A stretch of DNA of 62,861 nt, filler included, from Sphacelaria rigidula (Eukaryota), in assembly GCA_964200075.2 (NCBI GenBank). It is 10 parts of 10 records of this genome, joined end to end, with 100 filler letters (N's around TTAATTAATTAA, not from the genome) between each part and the next. Parts side by side here need not be neighbours in the genome. Positions count along the whole stretch, not along the records: positions 44,075 to 50,270 come from CAXNAA020021595.1; positions 50,371 to 56,566 come from CAXNAA020021596.1; positions 56,667 to 62,861 come from CAXNAA020021597.1; 7 more parts are not named here. One strand, written 5' to 3'. Shown here piece by piece: positions 49,676 to 62,796 of the stretch. Position 1 is the stretch's first letter. The number at the start of each line of letters is the position of its first letter. The notes beneath the pieces are model-generated. The model saw only the letters and a program-made list of their open reading frames with translations. It had not been told where the DNA came from and made no database searches. Made by a program: the position numbers and the translations under genes.

Positions 49676-51198
49676 CTGCATCGAAATAAAGCCGCCAGAC
49701 AAAATTGCAACCGGTACAGCGCGCAGGGAGGGGGGCCAAGGCCGTTCAATTTTTGAATCGATTTTCGGCAGCGTCAACGTGCATGGATCAGCGAGCCTGC
49801 CTCACTACGCAGCAGATGTGCTTCCGATTCGACTTAGGTTATTATTGCTCAGAACACGCGGGGTTACTTTCTTCAGGAAGTTGTGTAAAACGGCAGGAGA
49901 CACCGCCAGTCATCTCTATTTTCCCTGTTTTGCCCACAACTTATCAAATTATCAACTATTTTTGTGCGGACAAGCAACTGTGTAATGGAGTTTCTAGGTA
50001 CGACCAAAAAAATGTACGTTCATTTCACGGTTACCCCCCGTCTAGAAATGATTTCCGTTGATGTTCAGGACGAGCGGTATCGTTGCGTGTTTTTTTGTGC
50101 GCTCAGTCCTTCCATGAACTGTATATTTGCGCTCTGCTGTAGCGCGCTTCCCTCAACTGGATAGTCGCTGTCGCTGTTCCATCCTTCTGGCTACTATTCC
50201 ATTATTATTATTACTATTATTTCCGCACATTAGTCCGATCTCGCGAACCCGTGGTCAAAGACGTAGGCTCNNNNNNNNNNNNNNNNNNNNNNNNNNNNNN
50301 NNNNNNNNNNNNNNTTAATTAATTAANNNNNNNNNNNNNNNNNNNNNNNNNNNNNNNNNNNNNNNNNNNNTGCCCGAATGGTACTGATATGAACGGTATC
50401 TGGTGACGACCTAGGGTGGGGCAGTTTTCAATATGCTGCTGTATGCTAAATGAAGAGAAGCTCGTATAATCTTGTTCGCGCAGGAACACAGTCGAATAAT
50501 ATTTGTGCGGTTTGCACGTACTGACTGCAGGATATATGGATTGCTGCTGTTTGCGTAAAAAATGAGCGAAAAAAGTACGAAATGCAACTTGAATAGCGGT
50601 TTGAGTCATGGCTTTCCTTTAATTGTCCGAATAAAATGATGGCAAGTTGAAGCATTGAAGCTCTAACGGCGCAGAGGCATGCGATACATACGTTGTTTAC
50701 GTTGTTGCAAAAGTAAGAGGCCAGGTGCGTTTTAGACGTGTTGGGTGCATATTTCCTGCTAGCATGAGGATGATATATCATTCGCCTATTGGACTTCGTT
50801 TTGCAGGTGTTGAACGTACACAGAGTGTATTTTGAATGTTGAGACGATGAGTCACGAATCTTCTGGAGTTCGACGTTTGCTGACATTTGCGGTTTCTTGC
50901 CGATTAAGAGTCAAGAGACTTGTTTTGGGCGAAGATTTGAGAATTCGGCGCTAGCTATCGCTTTGTAACTCGAAGTGGTGCAAGTTGCGTGATTCATGCT
51001 TATGATGGACGATATTTTCTCGGAATCTCTTTCGAGTTGTTCGGAAGTGGGATAAGCTTGTATGGAGCTGTTGTCGAAAGCAGCGGAAGAGATTGCTATT
51101 CTCTACGGAAAACGACGGTACTATCTGGCACCAATGATGTCTGAGTTTATCAAGCTCTGATGTAACTACTCGTTGGTAGTAGAGAGCTTTGAGGGTAC

Positions 51199-51455
51199 TG
51201 TAGACCTGGCAACCATTATTACCTAAGGTCAGGGACATTGTAGGTGGAGTTGCGGATCTGATCGCCGGACTCTGTGATGGTGACCTCCATGACGAGTAGA
51301 GCCGGTTTTGCTACTCTGTTGGAGAGAGGCTATAATCCTGTACTCCTGTACTATTCTGAGGGTTAATACATAAATAACCAAAGCTGCTGAAGTCCATGTG
51401 CCCGTAATGGGAGAAGTCCACATGGCAATCTAATGTTGAGTGACAGAAGTCTACA
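51199..51455. mobile_element. Probable LTR (TGTAGAC...GTCTACA)
   Basis: 7-bp terminal inverted repeat with purine-rich sequence upstream. No TSD and no partner LTR on this scaffold. Confidence 0.5.
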
Positions 51456-51459
51456 GACA

Positions 51460-54247
51460 TCGGGGAGTTGCTCAGAGCAGGCTACTCGCGGCATAAACTT
51501 CACTCGGCGAGCAGCGCATGAAAACACCTATTAAAAGCGCAGAATAATGAGGCTTCGAAGCGTCAAATGTACAGGAATGGTTCACCAGCGAGTGCGTGAA
51601 AAATGCTCCAGGGAGGATTTTTCCCGAAAGATGCGATCCATAAAGAATTTTGGGAGAAGAAGTTCCGAGATTGCAAAATGAAGAAGGCATTTAACCCTGT
51701 TGACTTCTTCTCTGAATGAGAAGGGATAGTGGAAATTCTTTGGGGAATCGGCATCACGAAGGACGAATGCTCGATTGTACTTTGTACGCTGGAGGAGGTT
51801 GTTGAGGGGTTCCTGGAGCTGAAAAAACCTTGACCCTATCCGAGAAGTTGTTGACTGCACTCGTTCCAAACGAAGATAGAAAGCACGGAGGGTAGGGGTC
51901 AACGCTCTCATACAAAGAGCGAAAATCGAGACGAAGATGTTGATAAGCCAATATCATTTCCAGGGAAGCGCTACTGCTGCCAGCAAACAGGTCACAAGCG
52001 GACGCAGTGTAATGCACGCATCATCTAGCCAGGCACAACCAGACGGGAACGGTGATGACTCCACGGACGGAGACAAGGCACACAAAAACGTTTCTGGTGG
52101 GGTTATGTCTGCATCAAATAAGACTATCGTCGTTGCAGTCGCAGCGTAGACTTTCAGTACTACAGCGTTACCCCCGTGGCTATAAAATGGCTCCTCTGAT
52201 GATCAAGAGTTTTTTGTAGGAGGTTGGGGTGCTTTTATGTTCCTGACGCACTCACTCCCTCACAAGTGTAACGTGCGAGACTGTGACATCACTGTAAAAA
52301 GAATTAACGAGACAGAAAAGAAGGGGCAAAGAATCGGGGATGTTTCTTTTTTATCGTGTTCGATAATGGTGATTTTCAAACAGAGCTTGAAGACGGTGTT
52401 GTATGTACCTGATCTTGGTTTCGATTTGTTTTCACCAAATGCTGTTTTTGACGGCAAAACTTGGGAGAGACTATAGGTGGCCCTCACTCGGTCATGACTG
52501 CATACAATGGAAAAGTGGGCTTCTGCTACAGAAATAGACTACTGATGGCATCTGCTTCCCGTTTGCCTTTCGAGTTTTTCGCGTTACCTGCTTTGGTTCC
52601 AGCCAATCCACCACAATTGTGGAAGACCTCGATATATGATTTTCATGTGTTGCACTTTCACGCTAATCAGCATTTTTTTAGAGATACTTCCACAAGGCTA
52701 CATGTCAAACTTTTGGGCAAACAAGAACCTTGCGCAGGATCTTAAATGGCCAAGGAATACCGTAAGGCTATTCCCGATTCCGCTACGAAAAGAGCCACCA
52801 CGACACTGGGAAGAGTATTCGTTGATGTTAGTGGAAGGAAAAGGACTGCGTCTCTTCCAGGAGCGCGATATGCAATGATAGTCAAGGATGACCACACGCG
52901 ACACTCTTGACGATATTTCTTAAAACACAAGAAGTGTGACGCTGCTCCTGCTTTGGAGCGTATCTTACAGATGTTCGTGCGGTAGGACTACCCTCTAGGC
53001 GGTAGGTTGTGCACTCAGACAATGGCGGAGAAATGTTTTAGAGTAGGTTCGAGCAACTGTATGGAGCAATGATGATTCAGCAGGAATCTTCCTCGGGCGA
53101 TAGTGCAGAAATCGATGGCGTTGCAGAGCGCGGCCTCGGTATCATCACAGCAGCGGGTTTGGCGGCGAGGATTCAGGCTACGCAACTGTTTCACAATATT
53201 CAACTCCCGCCAACCGAGCCTTTTGGGCCGAAGACATGCATTGGGTTTGCGATACACTTAACCATACTTCAACTACCGCTAACCGTGAAAATATATCTAC
53301 GTTTGAGATGTGGCACGGGGTGGCTGAGCCTGCTGCCCCATATCTCAAACCTGCATACTGTCGTCGGAGGCGACCAAATAAGTCGTGTTTCTACTTGGGA
53401 CCGTCGATAAACCATCCGAAGGACTGTGCAGGAGTCCTGACGCGAGGCAACATGGTAATTAAAACACGTGACATGACATGGGCGGCAATACCTCCGTAAA
53501 CGCCATGAGAATATCAAATTGGCGACCCCCGAGGCGCCGTTGGACTTGGAGTTCGAAGGAAGCGACGTCGACAACAACGAAAACCATGGAAATAGTGACA
53601 GCGATGACGATAAGGTGATTATCATGACAAAATATCCAAGGGGTACTCCACACATGCCTTCACCAACAATCGTACAACGAAGGAAACACGGCGACGACGG
53701 AGTCGCACGCGATGACGGAAATGAGGGGAAACGCTTCCCGCCACGCAATCTCCCGCCGTCAACAGATCTGGACATGCCGATTCCACAAGGCAACAGCGAG
53801 AGCGATTTAGACAGCGAAGACAGTGGAACGGCATCCACTGAGACTGAACATGATGAACCTCCTGGAGCCAGCACCGCCAGACGCCAACTAGCTCAATTCC
53901 TATCTGATTCCGAAGATTGTGACGAGGTCGGGAAGGGCGTGAGTTTGGACTATGCGACACTGTGGGGCCCGTCGAGGAAGACCAGATCGGCAGAAATTGC
54001 AGAACAAGACCCCAACATCATCATGGTCGAGGACCTACTAACTTGCCCTATACACGAAGTTGAGCCGGAGCCTGAATCATACACTCAAGTTTGCGCATCC
54101 CGCTACGCTGCAATCTGGACTAAGGCTATGAATGCTAAGATAGTGGACGGCGACGATGTGGTGAAAGGGATACCATTTCGAGAGGTGGTTGGGAGTCTCA
54201 TGTGGATTCCAAACCGGTCGCGACCCGACATCTCGAACGCTGTTCGC
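51460..54247 (+). mobile_element. Ty1/copia retrotransposon remnant (gag-PR-INT, RT almost entirely deleted)
   Basis: gag SPASA*KMLQ..KFRDCKMKK (~51580); protease region LKTVLYVPDLGFDLFS (~52390); integrase RVFVDVSG, DGVAERG; EPESY...WTKAM joined directly to PFREVVGSLMW..RPDISNAV. Many stops. Confidence 0.9.
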
Positions 54248-55720
54248 TGTAGAGAAAGTACAGTAGCACCTCTAGCATGAGGAGTACGGTAGCACATGGA
54301 TATCAGTTTGGATCTTGTGACGATGGGTTAGAGGATTATTGTTAAAAGCGTAGCATATTGTGTTTGCGTGGAGAGCAAACAAGGGTTACTTCTGGTTAAT
54401 GAAATCTGCTGTTTGTATAAGTGCTTGAGTCTTAAGATCTCTGGAGCCCGTGACAGGGAGGAAGCTTCTGGAGCAGCACTGTGACCTTGTTCTGATTTAA
54501 GACATGCCTACAATGAACGTTTTTTCAGGAAAGTTGTCAGTTCCTGGATTGGGTTTGTGAAGCAGCACCTATCGTCGTAGAACCTCGGGATGCTCACGTT
54601 GAATAAAAGGAGAGGAGGGAGCAGCCGAGAAAGAGGCGCAGACCACACAAATCCAAGGTAACTGCGGTGACGGAAGGCCGTTGGAAGGATGGCAGCGCGC
54701 AGAAAAGGTGATACCAGCTAGACGGCTGATGAGGTGAAGTTTGCGGTAACCGAGTTGACTCTGGATGGATCACTGAAAGTGCTCGAATATGGACGAGTGT
54801 TCATGAACAAGCAAAGCCTCAAGACGCGTTTACCAAAAGTATCGAGATTACGAGGAGACGGTGGAAAAAAGTAACAAGGGCCGGTCGGTCAAGTGCGCAC
54901 TGTTGACCATGCAAGAGTTGGTGCCCAAGCACATCCAGAACTGCGTGTCTGACCCCACCTTTGACGGGCTGATACTGGACGAAGACGAACTGCAGCAAGG
55001 GATTGCACGCCACGCGAAACGCTGGATCGATATGGGAATTGATCCTTCCGAAACTGCATATAGACCCCTCCTGGACTTAGAACAAGGTCACAAGACTGCT
55101 CCAAGGGCTTCCTCCCTCACTAAGGCTTGGAGACTTCAAGACAGTTGTTGTTCACAAACACACAGTCTTTGTTATCGGAAGTAACCTTGCACCTCCTTGA
55201 ACACGTATACTGTCAAGCAGTCAAGGTCATACTCCAGGGAATATCTCATGACCTAATACCATGATGCAAGTTCATATCCAAACCTCCATGGATCAACCTG
55301 CAGCTCCTCATTCATGTGTACGAATACTAGAGGTAGAGACTACTCTACATGCAGCAGGCGTGAAAAAAGCCGTCTCCGCTCGCTCTAAACCAACTGCAAT
55401 GGGTCGAGTAGAAGGGCAATGGAGTTCATTACAGGAGTACTTTGCCGAAAATGCGGGCGTGGAGTGCGTTTTCCTCGAATCTGACCGTATGTTCAAGGCT
55501 GGCCCAGCACACATCCTTACCGGAGCTATGGTCGCTGCTGACCCCACATGAGTTCAAGAATAAAGTTCAAAATATACTCTATTTGAAACAAGACTGCAAA
55601 GAGAGCCCGAGGGTGGTTTATCAGGTTGCTCATGACTTGGCGGAAGAATGGAAGACTGTTGAGTAGGTTGGCAAGCACCCCCAATACTCGAAGTAGAAAG
55701 CGAGTTTGACAAACAGTAGG
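54248..55720 (+). mobile_element. LTR (54248-54512) plus gag-like fragment of a second LTR element that truncates the copia
   Basis: A TGTAG...CTACA segment starts where the copia RT stops. Downstream is a degenerate ORF (VKCALLTMQELVP...RVEGQWSSLQEYFAEN...EFKNKVQNIL). Confidence 0.65.
55059..55349 (-). mobile_element. Solo LTR with TGCA TSD, related to LTR 54248-54512
   Basis: Its reverse complement aligns with the 54248 LTR (agggaggaagc...tggagcag...tgtgaccttgttct). tgca lies at 55055-55058 and 55350-55353. Removing it restores the frame DPSETA-AGVKK. Confidence 0.85.
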
Positions 55721-57009
55721 CACCGAGGATCACGTTCATGATACCTTTGTCCGCTTGTTAGTGACACATGACCATGCAATGTCATGTTGACAAACAAAAT
55801 GATCATTTGCAAAAAGCTTAACAACGACACTTGAACACAGCGTCTCAATCGAACTGAATGTATTCAATAATTCAGCCGCGGCATACTCACAGAAAGCAAA
55901 CACGTCAAGCACAATACCATTTCGAACCGTAGAATTCGATCACATCACGCACTCAAAGCTTGATACCGTACTTTGCCAACAAACGTGCCAGCACCTTTTG
56001 ACTCTGTTCCAACTGACGCAGCTCAGAACAAATACGCGGTGCTCCTTCCAGACAAATGAGTACACCATCCACGTTCTCCGTTTTTCAGATGCGAAACATC
56101 ATCCATGCGCTTATCCAAACACACGACAAACCATCAAAAGACGTGCCACAGTAAAAGATCACTGTATTCGCGCATGATTCTTTCTATCGTCAACCTCTGG
56201 ACATACTCACGTTATACTTGTTCACATAAAAGCCAACGCATTTCGTAGTTTCCGCTCATATTCACGCCAACAGCAGCAATCACCATCTCCTATAGTCAGT
56301 TTCTGTAACCGCACAAAGATTATTCCACTTTTCTGCGCAGAAAAGAGTATGCGAGCTTTATTTCATTCAGCACACAGCAGTGTGTTGACAACTGCCCCAC
56401 TCTGACTCTTCACCAGACACCATGCACATCAGTCACACATGCATGCTAATATTTTACTCAGCAGCTTCTTTGCAGAAACCACCATGTATCATGCGTGCCA
56501 ACAAGAGCAACACAACACACAGATCCAGGAACGACATCACCACCACCTACAATCGTCCGCAAAACGNNNNNNNNNNNNNNNNNNNNNNNNNNNNNNNNNN
56601 NNNNNNNNNNTTAATTAATTAANNNNNNNNNNNNNNNNNNNNNNNNNNNNNNNNNNNNNNNNNNNNCATGCCATAGTCATAAGACCATTGACCTCTCATC
56701 CCTACTAAGCCGGGGCGGAGCACGGAGCGGAGCACAAATGGGGGGGGGGGGAAGGGGGAGTAGAAACATTACAACAAACAGATTTACAGGAACGGTCAGT
56801 CGAAATGTTTTCGGTGGAATTCATTGTTATGTGATGGGTTGAAGAGGGAACGAGGGTCCGCAAAACGGATTCCCAGACGTTCGTTTCTGATGGCCGTGTG
56901 ATACCTCGTCGAACCGAAAACTCATCAACCACAATACCTCGTGGCGCCATGAGCAATGCAGGAATCACACGTTTTGAAGAAAGGGATTGGACATAATCAG
57001 GCTAGAGTC

Positions 57010-57257
57010 TGTGACGAAATTACGCCGTTACGTTGAGTTGTTAGTGATGATGTGGATAATGACCGTTGGTAGTGATGATCTGGATAATGACCGGGGACAC
57101 CAGGTTGATACCCTGACGTGTTTAGGAGGCTGTGCCTACGAGGGCACTCCTGAATAATGAGAACGCTGTAAAGGCTGACAACTGAAACTAGGGCCAGTAA
57201 GACTGGAGTTCCCTTAAGAGCAGTGATCCACCAGTCCTTCTTCTGGCTGGCGTCACA
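57010..57257 (+). repeat. 5' LTR
   Basis: TGTGAC...GTCACA; aligns with 61211-61431. Has an internal duplication of about 27 bp (agtgatgatgtggataatgacc). Confidence 0.93.
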
Positions 57258-60200
57258 ATATCGATATTAGTGCTAGTGTTAGTGGTAGAAATATCACCTA
57301 GCAAAACCTGCTGGAGGATTTCGGCGGAGAATCTGGCGACTTGGGACAACCTAAAGTAACATGGACGCGCAAAGGGGGTTCAAGCTGATGGTAGCTGCAG
57401 AAAGGCGGCTGACCTGTGATTGATCCAGACTGGAGACTTGCTGAAGCTGCGTGCAGCGGGAGTTTCGAGGCTCCTACGACTGTGTAGTGCGGCGATGAAG
57501 CAAGGAAGCGTGCAATTCGCGAAAGTTCGCTGGCCTGTCAAAATTCGCAGATAGTCGGTTGCAGCTATGGCGACCGGTTCGCGAAATACGTTCAGTGTAA
57601 CGCTCGTGGTCATGCGGGAAGAGTTGCGACCTCCCCAATAAGGGGATAGGTACTCAGGCGGTGCATCTCGCACTTTTTATACGAAGTATTTGGAGTACAA
57701 GGAGCGTGTGGAGCACGCTATCGCAAGGGGTGCTGTGCGGCATCAGGTAGTGTCAATGGCTCAACAAGTGCCAACTCATGTGCAGAGAGTGTTTGCTCGT
57801 TTGGAGCATAAAAAGAGCACAATCACCCCGCCGCAATTCGTTGCGGCGATCAAAAAGCATGCTGTCCATGCGACGGGCACTTGCCACTGTTGTGACGAGG
57901 TCGGCCATTACGCGCGCGATTTCCGGACGTCTTCCGGTGGAGAGTCTGGGCGAGTCTCATACCGCGCGCCATCAGCATCGTCAGCACAAGGGTAAAAGAC
58001 GAGGTAATCGTGGTGGCGGCGGCGGATCCTCCGGCGGTGGAGGGTCGTAGTCGAGTTCTCAGTAGCAGCAGCAGCGGCAGCGGCAGCAGGGGCAGAGGCG
58101 TCAGCATGGGCCTGGCTCGGGGTCCGGCGCCGCTGTAGGTGCTGCTACTCCGCAACGGGCGGTGCCGGTGGGTTCGACTTCTATAGTGTCGAACACTCCG
58201 CCGGCGCCGATGGTGGCGCCGGCGGCGACACCGGCAGCAGCGCCAGGCGTGACGCCTGCTGGTACGCTGGTCGGAGGGTCACCAAATTCTTGGTCTGCTG
58301 GCTGGGGTCGTACCCGCCGGCGGTGCCGTTTTAACCTGCCTGGTTGTCTTTGTCTACGCAGCTTACGTAGCCTGCGCAGCCTGCGCAGCCGGGGCGTCAC
58401 GTGGGATAAGCGGCGCATCGGTCGGCGAATAAAGTGCCAGTGGAGTCTGCGCACAACTACGTTCCTGCGGAGCTGTGTCTTCCAAATCAACGGGAGCGTG
58501 GAGCCATCGCGGTTCGGACTAAGTGGGATTCTGGCGCCCACTTGACGGGTCATGTGAGTCTGTTGGTACAGATTCTAGAGATGTTGGAGCGTCTTCTCCT
58601 GGGCGTGCCGCTTCGCACGCCGTTTTCGCTCGGGGTGCGGCAGGCCGTCACCGCGTCGGGTCAGCATGTTTACGTCACAGAGCGTACTGTTCCGCTGCAG
58701 CTGACTTTCACGACTTCCTGGGGGCCGACACAGTTGCCTCCAATCTCGTTTGCGATAATCCCGGGGTCGGATGGCGCCATTTTTCTGGGGTTGCCGACGC
58801 TTCAGAATCTAGGAGTCGACGCTCGGCGGTTGTGGGACTCCATAAAGACGCGAATGTCTCCGCCTGGTCCACGCTTGGAGATGCCCGTCCTTTTGGGTAG
58901 TCCTCGCGTGAGTTTGTCGGTGGATGTTTTTCAGTAGGCTGGAGGGCAGGTGACCGAGGAGCGAGATGCTGCGGTGGACCGCCCGGTAGAGCGCGGCCCG
59001 GAGATGTTCATGTTTCCGGCGGAAGAGGAGTCCGTTCAGGAGGTCGCGCTGGAGGAGAGCGTGACGGATGCTGGGGCGACAGGCCTCAGCGCCTCAAAAG
59101 CGGAGCGCCTGCGCGGCATATTGCATTGCCACATCAACGCGTTTCGTCGTGCGCTGTGGGGTGATCCCCCTGCGCGCGTCGAGCCCATGCGTATTCAGCT
59201 AAAACATGAGGGGTCCGCGGCGAAGACGAAGCCGCGGTGGTACGATCCAGTGAAGTCGAGTTGGTTGACGTCATACATGGCGGCTCTTTTGGCGCTCGGA
59301 TTGGTGTTACGGAATATGCAGGTGGGGTGGTCCAGTCCAGATATGGCGTTTTCGAAGAAGGCTGCACCGTGGACGAAGGGCAGGCTACAGGCGTGGGCGG
59401 CAGCGAAGGATCTGGTGGCTTATGCCGTGACGCTGTTCCATCCTCGTCCTGATTGTCAGGTTTTCATGTTTCCGGATGCGTCTGAGTGCTATTGGGGTAG
59501 TTTGGTCATGCAGGTGCCTACAGTTGAAATGCAAATGTCTGTGCGCGCTGTGGCTGTGTATGGTCCGTGTGAACCTGATGACTCGATGCCGTCCAAATTT
59601 GTTGTCTGCCAAGCGCAACGAAAAGACCTTGGGGCCGAGGATGCGGATGTGCAATCTTTCGAGTCGGATGTTGGTACTGCTATCTTGGACGATGAAGGTC
59701 TGTTTCGTGTGCATGTGCGTGGTCGAAACCTTTTGTGGATTCCGAGCTCTGACAAGCAGTTACAGGCACGTCTGACGATTTGCGCACACATGCGCGACGC
59801 CGGGCACTATGGTGTGGCTGCGACGCTCGTGCGCTTGTAAGAATTTTGTGTCTGGCAGGGGATAGAAACTCAGGTGCGCGAATTTGTCCGCCAGTGTCTT
59901 CACTGTGCTGACTCGAGGGCGGGCGATGTTGTTCCCCGCCCGCTCGGCGAGACGATCCATGGGACCACGCCGAATGAAGTCGTTCATTGTGACTTCTTGC
60001 ACGTGGGCGAGAGTGGCCCGCTAGCTTCCTAAGGTCTGTAGGAGGATGCTGGGTTTCGATACATTTTGGTAATCATGGATGATTTGAGCAACTTCGTTGC
60101 TCGGGAACCAGTAGCAGTGTGTACTGCTGAATCGACTGCTGCATGTTTGCTAAACTGGTGCAAAACTTTAGGGGTGCCGCGTGTGTGGGTGAGTGATACC

Positions 60201-61210
60201 GCCACGCATTTCAAAAATGCGATCTTAGCCCGATTGCGAGAGGCTTTGCGCGTTGATCACCAGTTTGCGGTGGCGTATTCTCCGTGATCTAACGGTACGT
60301 GCGAACGCATGGTAAAGGAAGTAGTTCGTGCTCTTCGCTCTGTTCCTCTCGAGCAGCGTAGAGCGATTTGCAAATGGGTGGCCGTGTTTCCTGCGGTGCA
60401 ATGGGCGCTCAATACAGCGTATCGTCGTCGTTACGATAGTCTGCCGTACCACGTGATGTTTGGTCGTGCCCCTCGGACGTCTTTCTTCGTGCTGGCGTCT
60501 TCGTCGGCGGGGGAGTGGAATTGTGATGTTTTGGACGATGTTCAGATTAAGAGTGCTTTGCAAGGCGTCTTGGACTCGCAAGAACGTTTCCACATTCAAG
60601 TTCAGGAACGTGTTGCCGCTGAACGTGCGTGTAGACGTGAGGGGTCCTCGTCGGGGCTGGAACTGCCGAATTTTGAGGTAGTCGACTATGTCTTGTATGC
60701 ACGCGTGCGTCGTTCGGGTGACACGCCCAAGTTGATGGCGACGCGGACTGGTCCATAGAGAGTGGTTGGTGCTCACCACCCGCGCGTGTTTGAGATTCAG
60801 AATATTCTTTCGGGTCGTGTTCAGACCGCCCATGTAGCTCGTTTGCGTTTTTATGCAGCCTTGCAGCTTGATCTTACGGCTGACGTTAAGGACATGTCCC
60901 AGCATGCTTTCAGTCAGGGGCAATTTCAGATGGATGGTATCGTCGGAGTGACAGAAGTAGACGATCCTTCATTGACCTTGTTGGTCGACTGGGTTGGTTT
61001 CGACGTTGAGGAGCGTACTTGGGAGCCTTTCAAGAATGTTTTGGAGCCGCTCCGGAATTTCTTACGAAGGAGTTGCGTAAATTGCGCGTGCCTCATGTCG
61101 TCTCGCATTTCGAGTAACTTTGGTATTCAGTTGTGACTTACTCATCGTTTTGGCATTTTCCATGTGTCAAGCTTGTTGATCGATTTTCGTCCAACGCGCT
61201 TTGGGGGTGC

Positions 61211-61431
61211 TGTGACTGAATTACACCGTTGCGTTGAGTTGATTGTGATGATCTGGATAATGACCGGGGACAGTAGGTTGATACCCTGGCGTGTCTAGGA
61301 GGCTGTGCTTCCGAGGGCACTTCTGAATAATGAGAATGTTGTAAAGGCTGACAACAAAAACTGAGGCCAGTAAGACTGGGGAGTCCCTCAACAGCAGTGA
61401 TCCACCAGTCCTTCTTCTGGCTGGCGTCACA
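61211..61431 (+). repeat. 3' LTR
   Basis: TGTGAC...GTCACA, preceded by a G-rich PPT remnant (ttgggggtgc). The flanks agtc/actc may be a mutated 4-bp TSD. Confidence 0.93.
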
Positions 61432-62556
61432 ACTCGGAACGGGATAAACGAACAAACCTCTCGTAACTGCGATGAAACCTGCAGGCCGGCACGGATGATG
61501 GGTCGTCCGTTGTGAACGGAATTGATGCTTGCATCAAAATAGTAATACGTGAATAATACCTCGTAAGTATACAGCATTTTTTCTTCGAGGTTGATTCTGT
61601 ACAAGTAACGAGACAAAAGCGGCCCAACTGGCATAGCAGCATTTCGTTCACCATGCATCCTTCAAAACTTTCGCTTGGTGGCAAGACCATCACATAATAC
61701 AAGATTTGTATGAGAGATACCCCTAACATGCATGGCACATCAATCCCCGGCCTTCTGACGATATACTCGTCGCCGATGGCGGGGCAAAGAGTCTTGACGT
61801 TTCACCTTGCATGGGACGTCTTGGCAGCTGCCACCAGCGACGGCGACAAAGTAGTTGTGATGCGCAGACAAAAGAAGAGGAAGGGACAAACGCACAGACT
61901 GGAACCACGGAAAATACGGAAAGGGGGCCGGCCGAGAGGGAAAGAGGGAGAGAGAGGAGGGGGGTGAAGATTGCCTGATAATTGTGTACAACCTGGCAAG
62001 AACAGACCAATACTGTTGGAAGAGGAATCGCACAGATCAGATAGTAACCCATATCATCACCACCTATACCTCTTTTGCGCGGGATCGCTAGAGGGGGGGG
62101 CGAAGATTACGAGGGTGTTTGTGCTCTGAGTGGTGAAAGCCCATACTCATCGCAAGGTGTATCACGTAGGATATGCGAAAATTTGTAATTTCATGTTACC
62201 CGGACCCATCACTTGCGCGATACCGAGCACTGCTGGGTAAAGGCACGCAACCAGCACCAGTATACACCGTTCGACCGGCTGAGCCAGACCCCACGCTCCA
62301 ATGAAAGGAGCGACGCACAGCACTGTGCGGATATACTGCACCGCCAGGGTACTGCTTGCATCCGTCAGCATGAGGGCTGCTGCCGTTGGCATCGGCGCCA
62401 GCGCTCGCGGCCACGGCAAGACAAGGCACAGGGCCCATACATGCCGATAATTTTGTAGCAAATAAAATTATTTGCGCGAAGGGCGATTATGTCCGAGCGT
62501 TCAAGATCAGCACCCTGCAAAAACTGAGGGCTCGTTCGGAATCAGCCGAAGACTAA

Positions 62557-62796
62557 TGCCGAGATAGCCCCCCCACAGAAAGTGCACCGCCGCCGTCCAA
62601 CAAACCGGCTGCGATCCTACTATTGGGCTGGTTTTCAGCAATTGCGCTCAGATGAAAGGCGTGGTGTAGCAGTCCGAAATCAGCTAAAACGCCCAAATGG
62701 GTCACGTCGTGCAGCACGAAACCAGCTCTAACGACATTTATCACCATCGCCTCCATGCACGTTTTTAGCCGTTTCGGGGGGGGGGCTATCTCGGCA
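62557..62796. repeat. Small TIR element (tgccgagatagccccccc / gggggggctatctcggca)
   Basis: 18-bp inverted repeat with no TSD seen. Similar gaga-x-gccccccc ends occur at 14349, 18893 and 43562. Confidence 0.55.

Larger units (their letters stand above)
57010..61431 (+). mobile_element. Ty3/gypsy LTR retrotransposon with chromodomain; both LTRs present, RT core deleted, non-autonomous
   Basis: Degenerate zinc knuckle CHCCDEVGHYARD (~57880), protease WDSGA (~58525), RT N-terminus, RNase H start FPDAS, integrase HMRDAGH...CLHC, VHCDF, VSDTATHF, NGTCERMVK, chromodomain LLVDWVGFDVEERTWEP (~60980). Several stop codons. Confidence 0.95.

Noticed and set aside
62197..62461. Hydrophobic minus-strand ORF or exon
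   Set aside because: It could be a membrane-protein exon, but I see no family motif or linked exon to support it.
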